From contig JAKUQR010000014.1 of assembly GCA_022450155.1 (NCBI GenBank), forward strand, positions 2,539 through 66,538: a DNA stretch of 64,000 bases. The letters are read 5' to 3'. Within the stretch, counting starts at the first letter, position 1. Every line of letters begins with the position of its first letter. The position numbers and the translations under genes are program-made. Shown piece by piece: positions 8,245 through 18,509 of the stretch. The notes below the pieces were generated by a model. That model was not told the origin of the DNA. It saw only the letters and a list, made by a program, of their open reading frames with translations, and did not search any database. This DNA is from Gammaproteobacteria bacterium. Lineage in GTDB: Bacteria > Pseudomonadota > Gammaproteobacteria > Arenicellales > UBA868.

Positions 8245-11200
8245 ATGATAACCGAATCTATCGTGCCCCAAGAACCGGGTGTTCCGCACTCTACGCGGCA
8301 GTTTGAATACTCATCCAGTGAGCCTCATAGGCACTACAATGCCTTGATGCCTCTTTCCCATTTTCATCCGGCCGTTGCACGCTGGTTCAACAGCCAGTTT
8401 GATCAGCCCACCGAAGTACAGGCACAGGCCTGGCCCGCCATCCAGAGTGGTTCACACACTTTGATGGCCGCGCCCACTGGATCCGGCAAGACCCTGGCTG
8501 CCTTTCTCGCTGTCATTGACGAACTGGTGCGCGACGGTGAACTGTTCGGCCTGCCCGATGAAACCCGCATTTTGTATGTGTCTCCACTCAAAGCCCTGTC
8601 TAACGATATCAATCGAAACCTTGAAGCGCCACTGCTAGGTATCACACAGGAATTGCCCTTACCCAGTCCACTGTCGATCCGATCGGCCGTACGCACCGGC
8701 GATACACCTCAGGCTGAACGCGCCAAGATGCGCCGGCAACCACCGCACATCCTGGTCACGACCCCGGAATCGCTCTTTATTTTTCTGACCTCCGAGTCCG
8801 GTCGTCGGATACTGCAGACAGTGCGCACTGTCATTATTGACGAACTGCACGCGGTGGCTGGTAACAAGCGCGGAGCGCACCTGTCTCTATCGCTGGAACG
8901 CCTGGACGCCCTGTGTGTCAAACCTCCTGTTCGTATCGGGGTCTCCGCGACCCAGAAGCCGATCGACCACATGGCGGCTTTCCTGGTCGGCAACCGTCCC
9001 GGCAATGATGAGTGTCGGATCATCGACACCGGTTTCGTGCGTGACCGGGACCTTGCCATTGAACTGCCGCCATCACCCCTTCAGCCTGTCATGCCTGCCG
9101 AAGTCTGGGGCGAGATCTACGACCGCCTGGCTGATCTCATTGCCGAACACCACTCCACCTTGATTTTTGTCAACACCCGCCGCCTGGCGGAACGGGTCTC
9201 CCGGCACCTGGCGGAACGCATGCAGGAACGCGGACTCCCTGCCAGTGGCGTCACGGCACACCATGGCAGTCTTGCCCGAGACCACCGTCTTGATGCCGAG
9301 CGGCGTCTTAAGAATGGTGAACTGAATGCACTGGTAGCCACAGCTTCACTCGAACTCGGCATCGATATCGGCGCTATTGACCTGACCTGTCTGCTCGGCT
9401 CGCCCCGGGGCATTGCCACCTTCCTTCAGCGCGTAGGTCGCTCTGGCCATGGCGTTAAGGCCCTCCCCAAAGGTCGCCTGTTTCCACTATCGCGCGATGA
9501 TCTAATGGAATGTACCGCCCTGCTGGATGCTGTGCAACGCCAGGAACTCGATGCTATTCAACCGGTTAGACCCGCCTGGGATGTTCTCGCCCAGCAGATT
9601 GTCGCCGAGGTCGCAGCCGAGGAATGGCATGTCGATGAGTTGTATACCGTACTGTGCCGTGCCTGGCCCTACCGGGAAACAACCCGCGAGCGGTTTAACG
9701 AAATTATCCAGATGCTGGCCGACGGGTATACCACCCGACGGGGTCGGCGTGGGGCTCACCTGCATCTGGACGCGGTTAACGGCCGCGTGCGCGGCAGGCG
9801 CGGTGCGCGTCTCACTGCCATAACGAACGGCGGCGCAATACCCGACCAGTTCGATTATGACGTTGTACTGCTGCCCGAGGAGTTCCCCGTTGGGTCGCTG
9901 AATGAGGATTTTGCATTCGAGAGCCTCCCCGGTGATATCTTCCAACTGGGCAACACGGCATACCGCATCATCCGAATCGAACTGGGTAAGGTCTATGTCG
10001 AAGATGCGAAAGGACAGTCCCCCAGCATTCCATTCTGGTTCGGCGAAGCCCCGGGCCGCAGTGATGAATTGTCGCTTGCGGTGTCGAGACTTCGAGCACA
10101 GCTGGATCACCAGCTCAGCGCAACGAAAGACGGCATAGACCGAACTAGAGATTGGCTGCAGCGCACGATCGGCCTGACTGCGAGCGCTGCAGAACAGCTC
10201 GCGGAATATGCTGCCCTGGCCAAAGCCGCACTGGGCTCCCTGCCGACTCAGCGGCACATCGTTCTTGAACGATTCTTTGATGAGATCGGTGATACGCATC
10301 TTGTCATTCATTCGCCGTTTGGTTCTCGGCTGAATCGTGCCTGGGGTCTTGCGATCCGGAAAAAATTCTGCCAACGATTCAACTTTGAACTGCAGGCCGC
10401 AGCATTGGAAGACAGCATCATCCTTTCACTGGGTCCGACCCACAGTTTTCCGCTGATTGAAGTGGTTGACTATCTGCGGCCACACAGCGTACGAGAGGTG
10501 CTGATTCAGGCTTTGCTCAATGCGCCCATGTTCCCAGCCCGCTGGCGCTGGGTCGCGACCACAGCACTTGCAGTCCGTCGGAATCGAAACGGCAAGAAAG
10601 TGCCTCCACAGTTCCAGCGCAGCGATGCTGAGGATTTACTGGCTGTGGTCTTTCCAGACCAACTCGCCTGTGCCGAAAACATCACCGGCCAACGCGAGAT
10701 TCCTGATCATCCGCTGGTGGCCCAAGTGCTGTCCGACTGCCTGACCGAACTGATGGATGTCGACGGCCTGGAACGACTCATAGGTCAGCTCACTGATAAA
10801 GACGATTCCACTGACCCGATAGAAATAACCGTCCGTGAACTCGCCAGCCCATCACCACTGGCGGAAGAAGTGATCACTGCCCGGCCTTATGCCTTCCTCG
10901 ATGATGCACCGGCCGAGGAACGCCGGACACAGGCGATACGCAACCGCCACCTGTTTAATATTGAAGACGCTGCCCAGCTCGCCGAGCTCGATCCAGTTGC
11001 AATTGAGGCTGTACGTACTGAGGCCTGGCCCGATCCAAGAAACGCCGATGAACTCCACGATGCACTGGTGCTATCCGGGTTTCTTGAAACGGGCGAGATC
11101 CGTGAGTCACTGCCTGACTGGTCCAAGTTTTTCCTGCAACTGGTACTCGACAAACGGGCAACCGCAGTGTTGCTCGAGTCGGGAACCGTACTCTGGGTCA

Positions 11201-12816
11201 GTGCAGAACGCCTGTCACAGCTGACCCGGTGTTTGACCGGAGGCTACTCGCTGCAACCTGTAATCACGCCTGTGGGCACCGGGACTGAACAGCAGGAAGA
11301 TCCGGAGACTGCTGCGGCACAGGGACTGGTTGAAATTATCAGAAGCCGGCTCGAAACGTTGGGGCCCGTTACCGCCACAGCACTGGCCAAACCCCTGGAT
11401 ATAGATAAAGGACTTGTCAGTCGAGCGCTGCTGACGCTTGAGATCGAAGGATTCGCCATGCGAGGACTGTTTCGCGTCAACTCCATCAGTGCCTGTGAAA
11501 CCCGCTTTGGCGACAGCGAAGAATGGTGTGAACGTCGTCTGCTGGCACGCATCGGCCGCTACACCATCAGAACCCTACGCAAGGAGATCGAGCCGGTATC
11601 CCCTGCCGCGTTCATGCGCTTTGTACTGCATTGGCAGGGTCTTTCCGGTGAACGACAACGCGGGCCTGAGGCACTGCGCGACGCACTCTATCGATTACAA
11701 GGTTTTGCGGCCCCGGCCGTGGCCTGGGAATCATCCCTGTTGCCACACCGAATTTCGGCATACAGTCAGAACCAGCTTGATCAGTTGCTCACCGCCGGTG
11801 AGTTTATGTGGTTGCGCCCCTTTACACCGGTCAAAAGTACACGCCGTGTTGGACCGGTGCGTAATACGCCGATCATGTTTTTCGAGCGCAGTCAGATCCA
11901 GAACTGGTTGCCCTGGATCACACACCCTGACCTGACGGCCGGCAAGCTGACGGATTGGGCCTCGCTGTCGAGTCAGGCCAACTGCCTGCGGGATGTGCTG
12001 TTGTCAAACGGTGCATCATTTTTTGTCGATTTGATGTCGATGACCGGCCTGTTAAGAAGTCAGCTTGAAGAGGCCCTGGCGGAACTTGTCGCCTGGGGCA
12101 TCGTCACGTCGGACAGCTTTGCCGGTCTGCGCGTACTGATTACACCCTCGTCTAAACGGCCCGGAGCCGGGCGCGGCCGTCGAAACCGCAGCAGAACGGT
12201 CGAAACGGCCGGCCGCTGGTCTCTGGTTGAACTGACACTCTCCCATCAGACCGCACTCCCCGACGGATCCCAGGATAGCGACCCAATAGCACCTGTTCAG
12301 AATGTCGCCATCGAACCCGAACAGATCGCCGTGGCTTTGCTCGACCGTTACGGGGTCGTGTTCCGGGCACTGCTGATTCGTGAACACCGATCACTGCCGC
12401 ACTGGCGGGAATTGACCCGTGTCTTCCGCCGGCTCGAAGCCAGAGGTGAGGTTCGCGGCGGTCGTTTCGTCAACGGATTCAGCGGCGAACAGTTTGCGTG
12501 GCCGGAAGCAGTAGAACGCTTGCGCGAGTTCCGGGATCCGAACAATCAAACTGGCACGGCACGGCCCGTGATCGTGTCTGCTGCAGACCCATTGAATCTT
12601 CATGGCATCACCACACCGGGAAACAGGATTGCCGCGGTGTCTGGCAATCGTCTGCTCTACAAAGAAGGTGTCAGTATCGCTCAGCTGGTTGCGGGTGAAT
12701 TCCACTGGCAGTTGACACCCGATCCCCCGGCTGAATGGTCCGCCCGACAGTTGTTGATTCGAAACGACCCAACCACAGCGGTTGTCACCAACCTGCCTCG
12801 AACCGTTTCGAGTTAG
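8245..12816 (+). CDS. lhr: large ATP-dependent DEAD/DEAH-box helicase Lhr (long form)
   Basis: Walker A motif AAPTGSGKTLAAF and DEAD-like motif DELH. 1523 aa with a long Lhr-specific C-terminal region, matching the Lhr family size and order. The start is uncertain: the Met at 8347 (MPLSHFHPAVARWF) is an alternative. Confidence 0.85.
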   Translation: MITESIVPQEPGVPHSTRQFEYSSSEPHRHYNALMPLSHFHPAVARWFNSQFDQPTEVQAQAWPAIQSGSHTLMAAPTGSGKTLAAFLAVIDELVRDGELFGLPDETRILYVSPLKALSNDINRNLEAPLLGITQELPLPSPLSIRSAVRTGDTPQAERAKMRRQPPHILVTTPESLFIFLTSESGRRILQTVRTVIIDELHAVAGNKRGAHLSLSLERLDALCVKPPVRIGVSATQKPIDHMAAFLVGNRPGNDECRIIDTGFVRDRDLAIELPPSPLQPVMPAEVWGEIYDRLADLIAEHHSTLIFVNTRRLAERVSRHLAERMQERGLPASGVTAHHGSLARDHRLDAERRLKNGELNALVATASLELGIDIGAIDLTCLLGSPRGIATFLQRVGRSGHGVKALPKGRLFPLSRDDLMECTALLDAVQRQELDAIQPVRPAWDVLAQQIVAEVAAEEWHVDELYTVLCRAWPYRETTRERFNEIIQMLADGYTTRRGRRGAHLHLDAVNGRVRGRRGARLTAITNGGAIPDQFDYDVVLLPEEFPVGSLNEDFAFESLPGDIFQLGNTAYRIIRIELGKVYVEDAKGQSPSIPFWFGEAPGRSDELSLAVSRLRAQLDHQLSATKDGIDRTRDWLQRTIGLTASAAEQLAEYAALAKAALGSLPTQRHIVLERFFDEIGDTHLVIHSPFGSRLNRAWGLAIRKKFCQRFNFELQAAALEDSIILSLGPTHSFPLIEVVDYLRPHSVREVLIQALLNAPMFPARWRWVATTALAVRRNRNGKKVPPQFQRSDAEDLLAVVFPDQLACAENITGQREIPDHPLVAQVLSDCLTELMDVDGLERLIGQLTDKDDSTDPIEITVRELASPSPLAEEVITARPYAFLDDAPAEERRTQAIRNRHLFNIEDAAQLAELDPVAIEAVRTEAWPDPRNADELHDALVLSGFLETGEIRESLPDWSKFFLQLVLDKRATAVLLESGTVLWVSAERLSQLTRCLTGGYSLQPVITPVGTGTEQQEDPETAAAQGLVEIIRSRLETLGPVTATALAKPLDIDKGLVSRALLTLEIEGFAMRGLFRVNSISACETRFGDSEEWCERRLLARIGRYTIRTLRKEIEPVSPAAFMRFVLHWQGLSGERQRGPEALRDALYRLQGFAAPAVAWESSLLPHRISAYSQNQLDQLLTAGEFMWLRPFTPVKSTRRVGPVRNTPIMFFERSQIQNWLPWITHPDLTAGKLTDWASLSSQANCLRDVLLSNGASFFVDLMSMTGLLRSQLEEALAELVAWGIVTSDSFAGLRVLITPSSKRPGAGRGRRNRSRTVETAGRWSLVELTLSHQTALPDGSQDSDPIAPVQNVAIEPEQIAVALLDRYGVVFRALLIREHRSLPHWRELTRVFRRLEARGEVRGGRFVNGFSGEQFAWPEAVERLREFRDPNNQTGTARPVIVSAADPLNLHGITTPGNRIAAVSGNRLLYKEGVSIAQLVAGEFHWQLTPDPPAEWSARQLLIRNDPTTAVVTNLPRTVSS

Positions 12817-13394
12817 GCGCGAACGTCGGCGTCTTCTTGCCTGAACGGAAAGTCGGTCTCTGCTGACCAGCCTTTCCCATTGTGCTGCAGTAAGGTAATA
12901 CCGTCGGCTGTGAACTGGTCGGCAAAGGATTTGTGTTCAACCTCATCCCACAGCGACTTGAAGTGACACCGAATCAGATCGCGAAATGCGATGGTGACGT
13001 GCGGATGAAAAGTACGCAACGGCTGTTCGTCAGGGCCAACGATCTGATTTTGGATCAGTGTTCTGATCAGGTCATGTCGAACTGTGGACAGCATCTGGTT
13101 TTCAACAACACTGACAAATACCGCCCGGGGTAAAAAACAGCCAAAACCATTCAGTCCCACGGGGAAAGGCAGGTACACCGACGCAAACTCAGCCAGCACC
13201 TGCTTGAGATTCGCGACCTGATCCAGCGGCTGTCGAAACGGTGGCTGCAACGTGATGTGCGGCGGTGATCGGAGGGCTGCACGGCTATGGTAGGCCGTAT
13301 GTGCCCTATGCTGCAGAGTCCTTACCGCATCCGCTACCGGCGATGGCAGTACCACAGCAATGTAGTAGAGCGCCTTCAAACCCGATACGACCAA
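12813..13394 (-). CDS. 2H phosphoesterase superfamily protein (LigT/2'-5' RNA ligase-like)
   Basis: Two HxT/S motifs (HITL and HVTI) at the expected spacing. The stop overlaps the lhr stop convergently. Confidence 0.65.
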   Translation of the reverse strand: MVVSGLKALYYIAVVLPSPVADAVRTLQHRAHTAYHSRAALRSPPHITLQPPFRQPLDQVANLKQVLAEFASVYLPFPVGLNGFGCFLPRAVFVSVVENQMLSTVRHDLIRTLIQNQIVGPDEQPLRTFHPHVTIAFRDLIRCHFKSLWDEVEHKSFADQFTADGITLLQHNGKGWSAETDFPFRQEDADVRA

Positions 13395-13469
13395 GAATAC
13401 CCTTTAGGCGGCAAGGTCAACACCAACTGCAGGGGATGACTCTTGACAACTGATAACCGTCCGTTAATT

Positions 13470-15362
13470 TTAGCCGGCAGCGTCACCTGCCGATCGCGTG
13501 ACCCACTTCTGAAACACCGGTGTCCTGGGTGGCTCTAACGTGGTGTCCGCCTTGCAACGCGCTTTGAGTTCCTCAACGGTTCCGCCAAAATTGAATAAAT
13601 CTACCTTGCCCCGTTCTGACGCCATCTGGCGGCGGAGATTCGCCGTCGCAGACTCATCCACAGACAGGTCGGACTGCAGCACCACGCCATAGCGTCGGCT
13701 ACCTTCCACGCTCACCAGACCCCGTTGCACATCGAGGGAGACTTTTCCAGCGTCACGTTCAAGCGGATCACCCCATCCACCACCACCCCAAGTATTGAAA
13801 TAAAGCGTATCACCTACCGATACCTTTATCCGATCACATTTGGATTTCATCCATTCGTTTTTGCCATCCGCCCGAACCATGAGCTTGTTGCTGCGCTGGC
13901 CCGGCAGACCGCCTTTCACACCCCAGGGATGGGTCAACCAGCGATCATCATGGATCGAGATTTCACCGGGTTCCAGGAACTGGTAACCCATCGATAAGCC
14001 ATTGCCCCCGCGATGCAGTCCGGGACCGCCACTGTCGGGTATGGTTTCATAAGTGACGATCCGAAGCGGAAAGTACGCTTCCAGAAACTCATTGGGGACG
14101 TTGGTAAAGGCCGGCCAAAGCGAATGGCCATCGGGGCCGTCACCTGCCGGGCGGCCCGGTATGCCGCCGAAACCGATCTGATAAAGCTGGTACCACTCCC
14201 CATTACTGTCGTAGCCGGAATACATGAAATGTGGGCTATCCGAGAAACCAGCCGCACAGAGCGCATCCGGCGATCCCTGGCCCAGCAGGCCACTCATGAT
14301 GTCAAAGATACGGCCCAGCATATGGGTGCGCGAACTCAGTGCCGCTGGACGAATGGGTTTAAGAATAGATCCGCGCGGTATTCGTACATCAACCAGATCA
14401 TAAAACCCATCGTTGAACAGAATTTGTGGATCGAACAGATTGATAAAAAATGCACCCAGAAACATCTTGAACATTTCTTCATTGAGCAGAAAATTGACCG
14501 AGCTGATGGATTGCGGGTCGGTACCTTCGAAGTCGAAGATGACTTTTTCACCTTCCCGCCACATCGTACAGCTGACTTTATAAGGCCCCATCCCCATGCC
14601 GTCGTCATCGATGTAGTCCTCGAAATGCTGCTTTTTCTCGGGGATGACCATATTCAGGATCGCACCCATGGCTCGCTTGTTCCGGTCGAGCATTTCCACC
14701 ATGGCAACCACCAACTCGTCGACCCCGAAGCGGTTCGCCATCTCGAGCACCCGGCGTTCAGCCAGTCTCAGTGCGGCTACAAGGGCATTGAAATCAGAAC
14801 GGTTCCAATCAGGCAAGCGGCAGTTTCTAAGAATAAGTTCGAGTATCTCGGTATTCAACTCGCCATTTCGAATGATCTTGACCGGGGGTACCTGTATACC
14901 TTCCTCAAACACCTGTGCCGCATCTGTCGGCAGACTGCCCGGCACCTTGCCCCCGATATCGGTCATGTGGCCGAACATCGCTGCCCAAGCCACCAGGCGT
15001 CCGTCGATATAAATTGGCATCATCATCAACCAGTCATTGAGGTGACTGACCGCCCCATTACAGGAGTAGGGATCGTTGGTCAGGAAAACATCTCCCTCTT
15101 CGATAGTGCCGTCATAACCCTGCTGGAACCCCCAGAAAAACGAGCCAAACTGACCAACCACCATCTTGCCCTCATGATTGGCAATCATGGGGAACGCATC
15201 ATGCTGTTCTCTAATACCGGGTGACATCGCGGTACGAAACAGCACAGCATCCATCTCACTGCGTGCGTTTCTGAGGGCGTTCTCGATAATATCGAGCGTG
15301 ACCGGATCAACTGTTATGCTTTGAAACGGGGTCGTATTACTCTGTATGACTTGTGCAGGCAT
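13470..15362 (-). CDS. hyuB: hydantoinase B/oxoprolinase family protein (HyuB), module 1
   Basis: 630 aa with full-length similarity to N-methylhydantoinase B / acetone-carboxylase alpha-type proteins. About 70% identical to the HyuB core of the module-2 gene. Confidence 0.9.
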   Translation of the reverse strand: MPAQVIQSNTTPFQSITVDPVTLDIIENALRNARSEMDAVLFRTAMSPGIREQHDAFPMIANHEGKMVVGQFGSFFWGFQQGYDGTIEEGDVFLTNDPYSCNGAVSHLNDWLMMMPIYIDGRLVAWAAMFGHMTDIGGKVPGSLPTDAAQVFEEGIQVPPVKIIRNGELNTEILELILRNCRLPDWNRSDFNALVAALRLAERRVLEMANRFGVDELVVAMVEMLDRNKRAMGAILNMVIPEKKQHFEDYIDDDGMGMGPYKVSCTMWREGEKVIFDFEGTDPQSISSVNFLLNEEMFKMFLGAFFINLFDPQILFNDGFYDLVDVRIPRGSILKPIRPAALSSRTHMLGRIFDIMSGLLGQGSPDALCAAGFSDSPHFMYSGYDSNGEWYQLYQIGFGGIPGRPAGDGPDGHSLWPAFTNVPNEFLEAYFPLRIVTYETIPDSGGPGLHRGGNGLSMGYQFLEPGEISIHDDRWLTHPWGVKGGLPGQRSNKLMVRADGKNEWMKSKCDRIKVSVGDTLYFNTWGGGGWGDPLERDAGKVSLDVQRGLVSVEGSRRYGVVLQSDLSVDESATANLRRQMASERGKVDLFNFGGTVEELKARCKADTTLEPPRTPVFQKWVTRSAGDAAG

Positions 15363-15387
15363 TAGTTGTTCTCTCAGGGCCCGAACA

Positions 15388-17772
15388 TTAATCCGGCCGG
15401 ATCAGCAGATTACCCACCGGGTCGACTTCGCCGGTACATCCCGGAAGTACCAATGTGGTTGAATCCATTTCGGTAACAATCGCAGGACCACGCACACGAT
15501 CACCCGCTTTCAGAAGCGCCCGGTCGAAAATTGTTGCATCGTGGTGCTGGCCTTCGTAGTACACCTTAGACTGCGCGTACTTGGCCACGGACGGATCACC
15601 GTTACCGCTCACTAGCATCTGTGCTTCCGCTGCACTTTCACTACCTTGGACCAGGGCACGCAGAGTGTAGAGTTCGCGCTCAGCGTCGAGCGCAAATGTA
15701 AACAGCTGTTCGTGCATCGAATCGAACCGTTTCCCCAGTTCGTCAAGACCGCCGGACTCAAAATCCTCTGGCGAGATCTCGACTGTGAGCCGCATCCCCT
15801 GTCCCGAATAGCGGAGGTCAATCTGGTACACCGTTGACTGATCTGACCTGGCCACGCCCTCGGCGTCCAGGGTTGCCGCAGCAGAACCCGCGAGTTCCTG
15901 AAGAATGCCCAGTGTTTCGGCGTCACTCGTCTCTGAAAACCGTCGAACAAAGGTGCGCGATGCTTCATCACGGACGCGGGTTGTCGCATCACCGTAAGCG
16001 CAGAGCACACCGGGTCCTGGTGGGATGATCACTGGCCACGAATTCATCAGTTTTCCCAGTGCGTTGGCATGCAGTGGCCCAGCCCCGCCAAAGGCGACCA
16101 GCGCAAAATCCCGCGGATCAAAGCCCTGCTCGACAGATACGAGCCGCAAGGCACCAAACATGTTTTCGTTGACAATGTTAACGATACCTTCGGCAGAATC
16201 ATGCAGCGACAAACCCATTGCCTTGCCAATGGTCTCAACGGCAGCCTCGGCCTTGCCAGCGTCCATATCCATTTCACCGCCGAGTTTCGCACTCTCAGGC
16301 AGATAGCCCAACACCACGTTGGCATCCGTAACAGTGGGTTCGGTACCCCCTTGACCATACGCTGCAGGACCGGGTTCCGCACCCGCACTCTGAGGACCAA
16401 CACGCAGCGCTTTGGTGAGTTCCGGCACATAGGCAATCGATCCGCCCCCGGCGCCGACGCTGCGCACATCGATCGATGACGACCGCACCGTCACATCAGC
16501 CACCCGGGTTTCACGCCGGGCACTGGCAACACCGTTCTGGATCAGTGCAACATCCGTAGAAGTTCCCCCCATATCAAAACTTAAAAGGTCGGTGTATCCG
16601 GCCTGCCGGGCAATCCAGATCGCGCCCGAGACGCCGCCAGCCGGCCCGCTCATCAGAAGGTTCACTGGTGTTTCTTTCGCGGCTTGGGCGGATGCCAGAC
16701 CACCGTCTGATCGAAGAATATGCAACTGCATGCCGCTCATCCTTCGATTGAGTTCTGCTTCGAGGTTCTCGATGTAGGTCGACACCACCGGTCTGATATA
16801 GGAGTTGACAACCGTGGTCTCGGTACGTTCGTATTCATACATCTCGGGCACAACTTCAGATGAAATAGAAATCGGAATGCCTGGAAATATGCCATCTGCG
16901 ATCTGACGCACACGTTCTTCGTGCGCACCATTGGCATAAGAATTCATGAGCGAGATTGTCAGTGCTTCTATCCCTTGCTGTGAAAGAGCCGTTAACGACT
17001 GCTTGAGCGCTTCTTCGTCCAATGGCTGGACGATCTCGCCTTTGGCCCCGATTCGCTCGTTGGCCTCTATGGTCAGCTCGAGGGGCGCCAGTGGCTCGCT
17101 CTTGTTAAAGATCACCCAACCGCCCAAACCGCCCGGTACATATGAACGAGCAATCTGGAGGACTTGCTTGTAACCCTTGGTGGTGACCAGGCCGACACGC
17201 GCACCGCTGGCGGTCAGCACCGTATTCGTGGCCACCGTTGTACCGTGCATCACGTGACTGATGTCCGCTAAAGACACGCCGGCCTGATCACAGACCCGTT
17301 CTATACCGTTCAGCACACCGATTGAGGAATCCTTTGGCGTGGACGGTACTTTCGCGGTAAAACTGCGCCCACTGGCTTCTTCAATCAACAGGATATCCGT
17401 GAACGTACCACCGACATCTGCACCCAATCGATAACCCGACTGACCCGTGGCACGTGGACGCGAGACCTGTGAGCGCTCCGCTGCGACCGGTCTTTTCGAT
17501 TCACGCGTACTCGGCTCGCCGCGGGCCGTAGTCGAATCCTGATGGCGGGCTTCCTCCGCCCGAGACGGGACAGCGGGAATGGTCTCCCGGGCTTGGGTCG
17601 TGTCTGTCTTCTTCGGAGACTCAAAGGACCTTGACTCTCTCTCAGTTGACTTCTTCGCTGGCTCACGTGAGCGTAAATCCTGTCTGCTCCGTGCCAGCTC
17701 AGCAAAATCATCTTTTGCTTTTCGCAACTGCGCATCAAACCACTCAGTGGACTTTCGGGAATCTTTACTCAT
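15388..17772 (-). CDS. hyuA: hydantoinase A/oxoprolinase family protein (HyuA), module 1, with a charged low-complexity N-terminal extension of about 115 aa
   Basis: The core GADVGGTFTD...HGTTVATN matches the HyuA N-terminal ATPase fold. The first ~115 aa are K/R/E/S/T-rich and no alternative start lies near the core. Confidence 0.85.
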   Translation of the reverse strand: MSKDSRKSTEWFDAQLRKAKDDFAELARSRQDLRSREPAKKSTERESRSFESPKKTDTTQARETIPAVPSRAEEARHQDSTTARGEPSTRESKRPVAAERSQVSRPRATGQSGYRLGADVGGTFTDILLIEEASGRSFTAKVPSTPKDSSIGVLNGIERVCDQAGVSLADISHVMHGTTVATNTVLTASGARVGLVTTKGYKQVLQIARSYVPGGLGGWVIFNKSEPLAPLELTIEANERIGAKGEIVQPLDEEALKQSLTALSQQGIEALTISLMNSYANGAHEERVRQIADGIFPGIPISISSEVVPEMYEYERTETTVVNSYIRPVVSTYIENLEAELNRRMSGMQLHILRSDGGLASAQAAKETPVNLLMSGPAGGVSGAIWIARQAGYTDLLSFDMGGTSTDVALIQNGVASARRETRVADVTVRSSSIDVRSVGAGGGSIAYVPELTKALRVGPQSAGAEPGPAAYGQGGTEPTVTDANVVLGYLPESAKLGGEMDMDAGKAEAAVETIGKAMGLSLHDSAEGIVNIVNENMFGALRLVSVEQGFDPRDFALVAFGGAGPLHANALGKLMNSWPVIIPPGPGVLCAYGDATTRVRDEASRTFVRRFSETSDAETLGILQELAGSAAATLDAEGVARSDQSTVYQIDLRYSGQGMRLTVEISPEDFESGGLDELGKRFDSMHEQLFTFALDAERELYTLRALVQGSESAAEAQMLVSGNGDPSVAKYAQSKVYYEGQHHDATIFDRALLKAGDRVRGPAIVTEMDSTTLVLPGCTGEVDPVGNLLIRPD

Positions 17773-17817
17773 GATCGGGTGGTGGTTAATGAATTGCTGT
17801 TCTTGTTGGCCACACAG

Positions 17818-18459
17818 TCACGCCTGGGAGGCGCTCCACGCTCTGATTCGATCGATTGCGTCGTCTGCTGTGGTCAGATCACAATAACGCCGTTCCACAT
17901 CTCTCAGATTATCCCGGTGAGGACCTTCCGCCTGATCGCCAACACAATCTTCCGGTACCAGGGTTCTGAATCCCCACTGAAAACAGTCGACGATCGATGC
18001 CCGTACGCAACCGGACGTTGTGCATCCCACCACATACACCGTATCGACCGATTCTTTATTAAAAAACGCTGCGGCCGGTGTCTGAAAAAACATCGAAGCA
18101 CCTGATTTCCGCATCGCCACGTCGTAATCAGGGACATAGGTTCGAGGATCAAGCTCTGTCGCTGCCCGCCCTTCGATCAGATCTTCCATCACTGCGGATA
18201 TCTTCCAGTACGGCATATCTCGTTTCGAATTATAGCCCGTGTAACAGGTTGCAACGGGCACACCATTCTCGCGGGCAACAGCAAGTAATCGCGCTGAATT
18301 CTCCACAGCCCGCTGGACCAGTGGCGACCCACCGAGCGTATACGACGGGTCAGTAAATCCAAGCTGGAAATCAACCACAGCAATACCGGGTTTGCTACCG
18401 AAACCGATGGTCTCGCTGCCATAGGAGCGTTCGCTGTAGACATCCCGCTGATCAGTCAT
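17818..18459 (-). CDS. isochorismatase-family cysteine hydrolase (N-carbamoylsarcosine-amidase/RutB-like), module 1
   Basis: VVGCTTSGCVRAS catalytic-cysteine motif. 213 aa. Lies immediately upstream of hyuA on the same strand. Confidence 0.85.
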   Translation of the reverse strand: MTDQRDVYSERSYGSETIGFGSKPGIAVVDFQLGFTDPSYTLGGSPLVQRAVENSARLLAVARENGVPVATCYTGYNSKRDMPYWKISAVMEDLIEGRAATELDPRTYVPDYDVAMRKSGASMFFQTPAAAFFNKESVDTVYVVGCTTSGCVRASIVDCFQWGFRTLVPEDCVGDQAEGPHRDNLRDVERRYCDLTTADDAIDRIRAWSASQA

Positions 18460-18509
18460 TCTACTTTACTTTTTCCTCAGATCGATTCAGATCAACACCA
18501 GCACATCGT

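Noticed and set aside
13461-13490. GCCGGCAG..CTGCCG hairpin at the end of hyuB-1
   Set aside because: It overlaps the last codons and stop of the coding sequence and is not followed by a convincing U-tract on the transcribed strand, so it is probably not a terminator.
17400-17440. Possible TTG internal start just before the GADVGG core of HyuA-1
   Set aside because: There is no Shine-Dalgarno-like sequence upstream and no in-frame ATG or GTG alternative, so the long N-terminal extension was kept (see finding).
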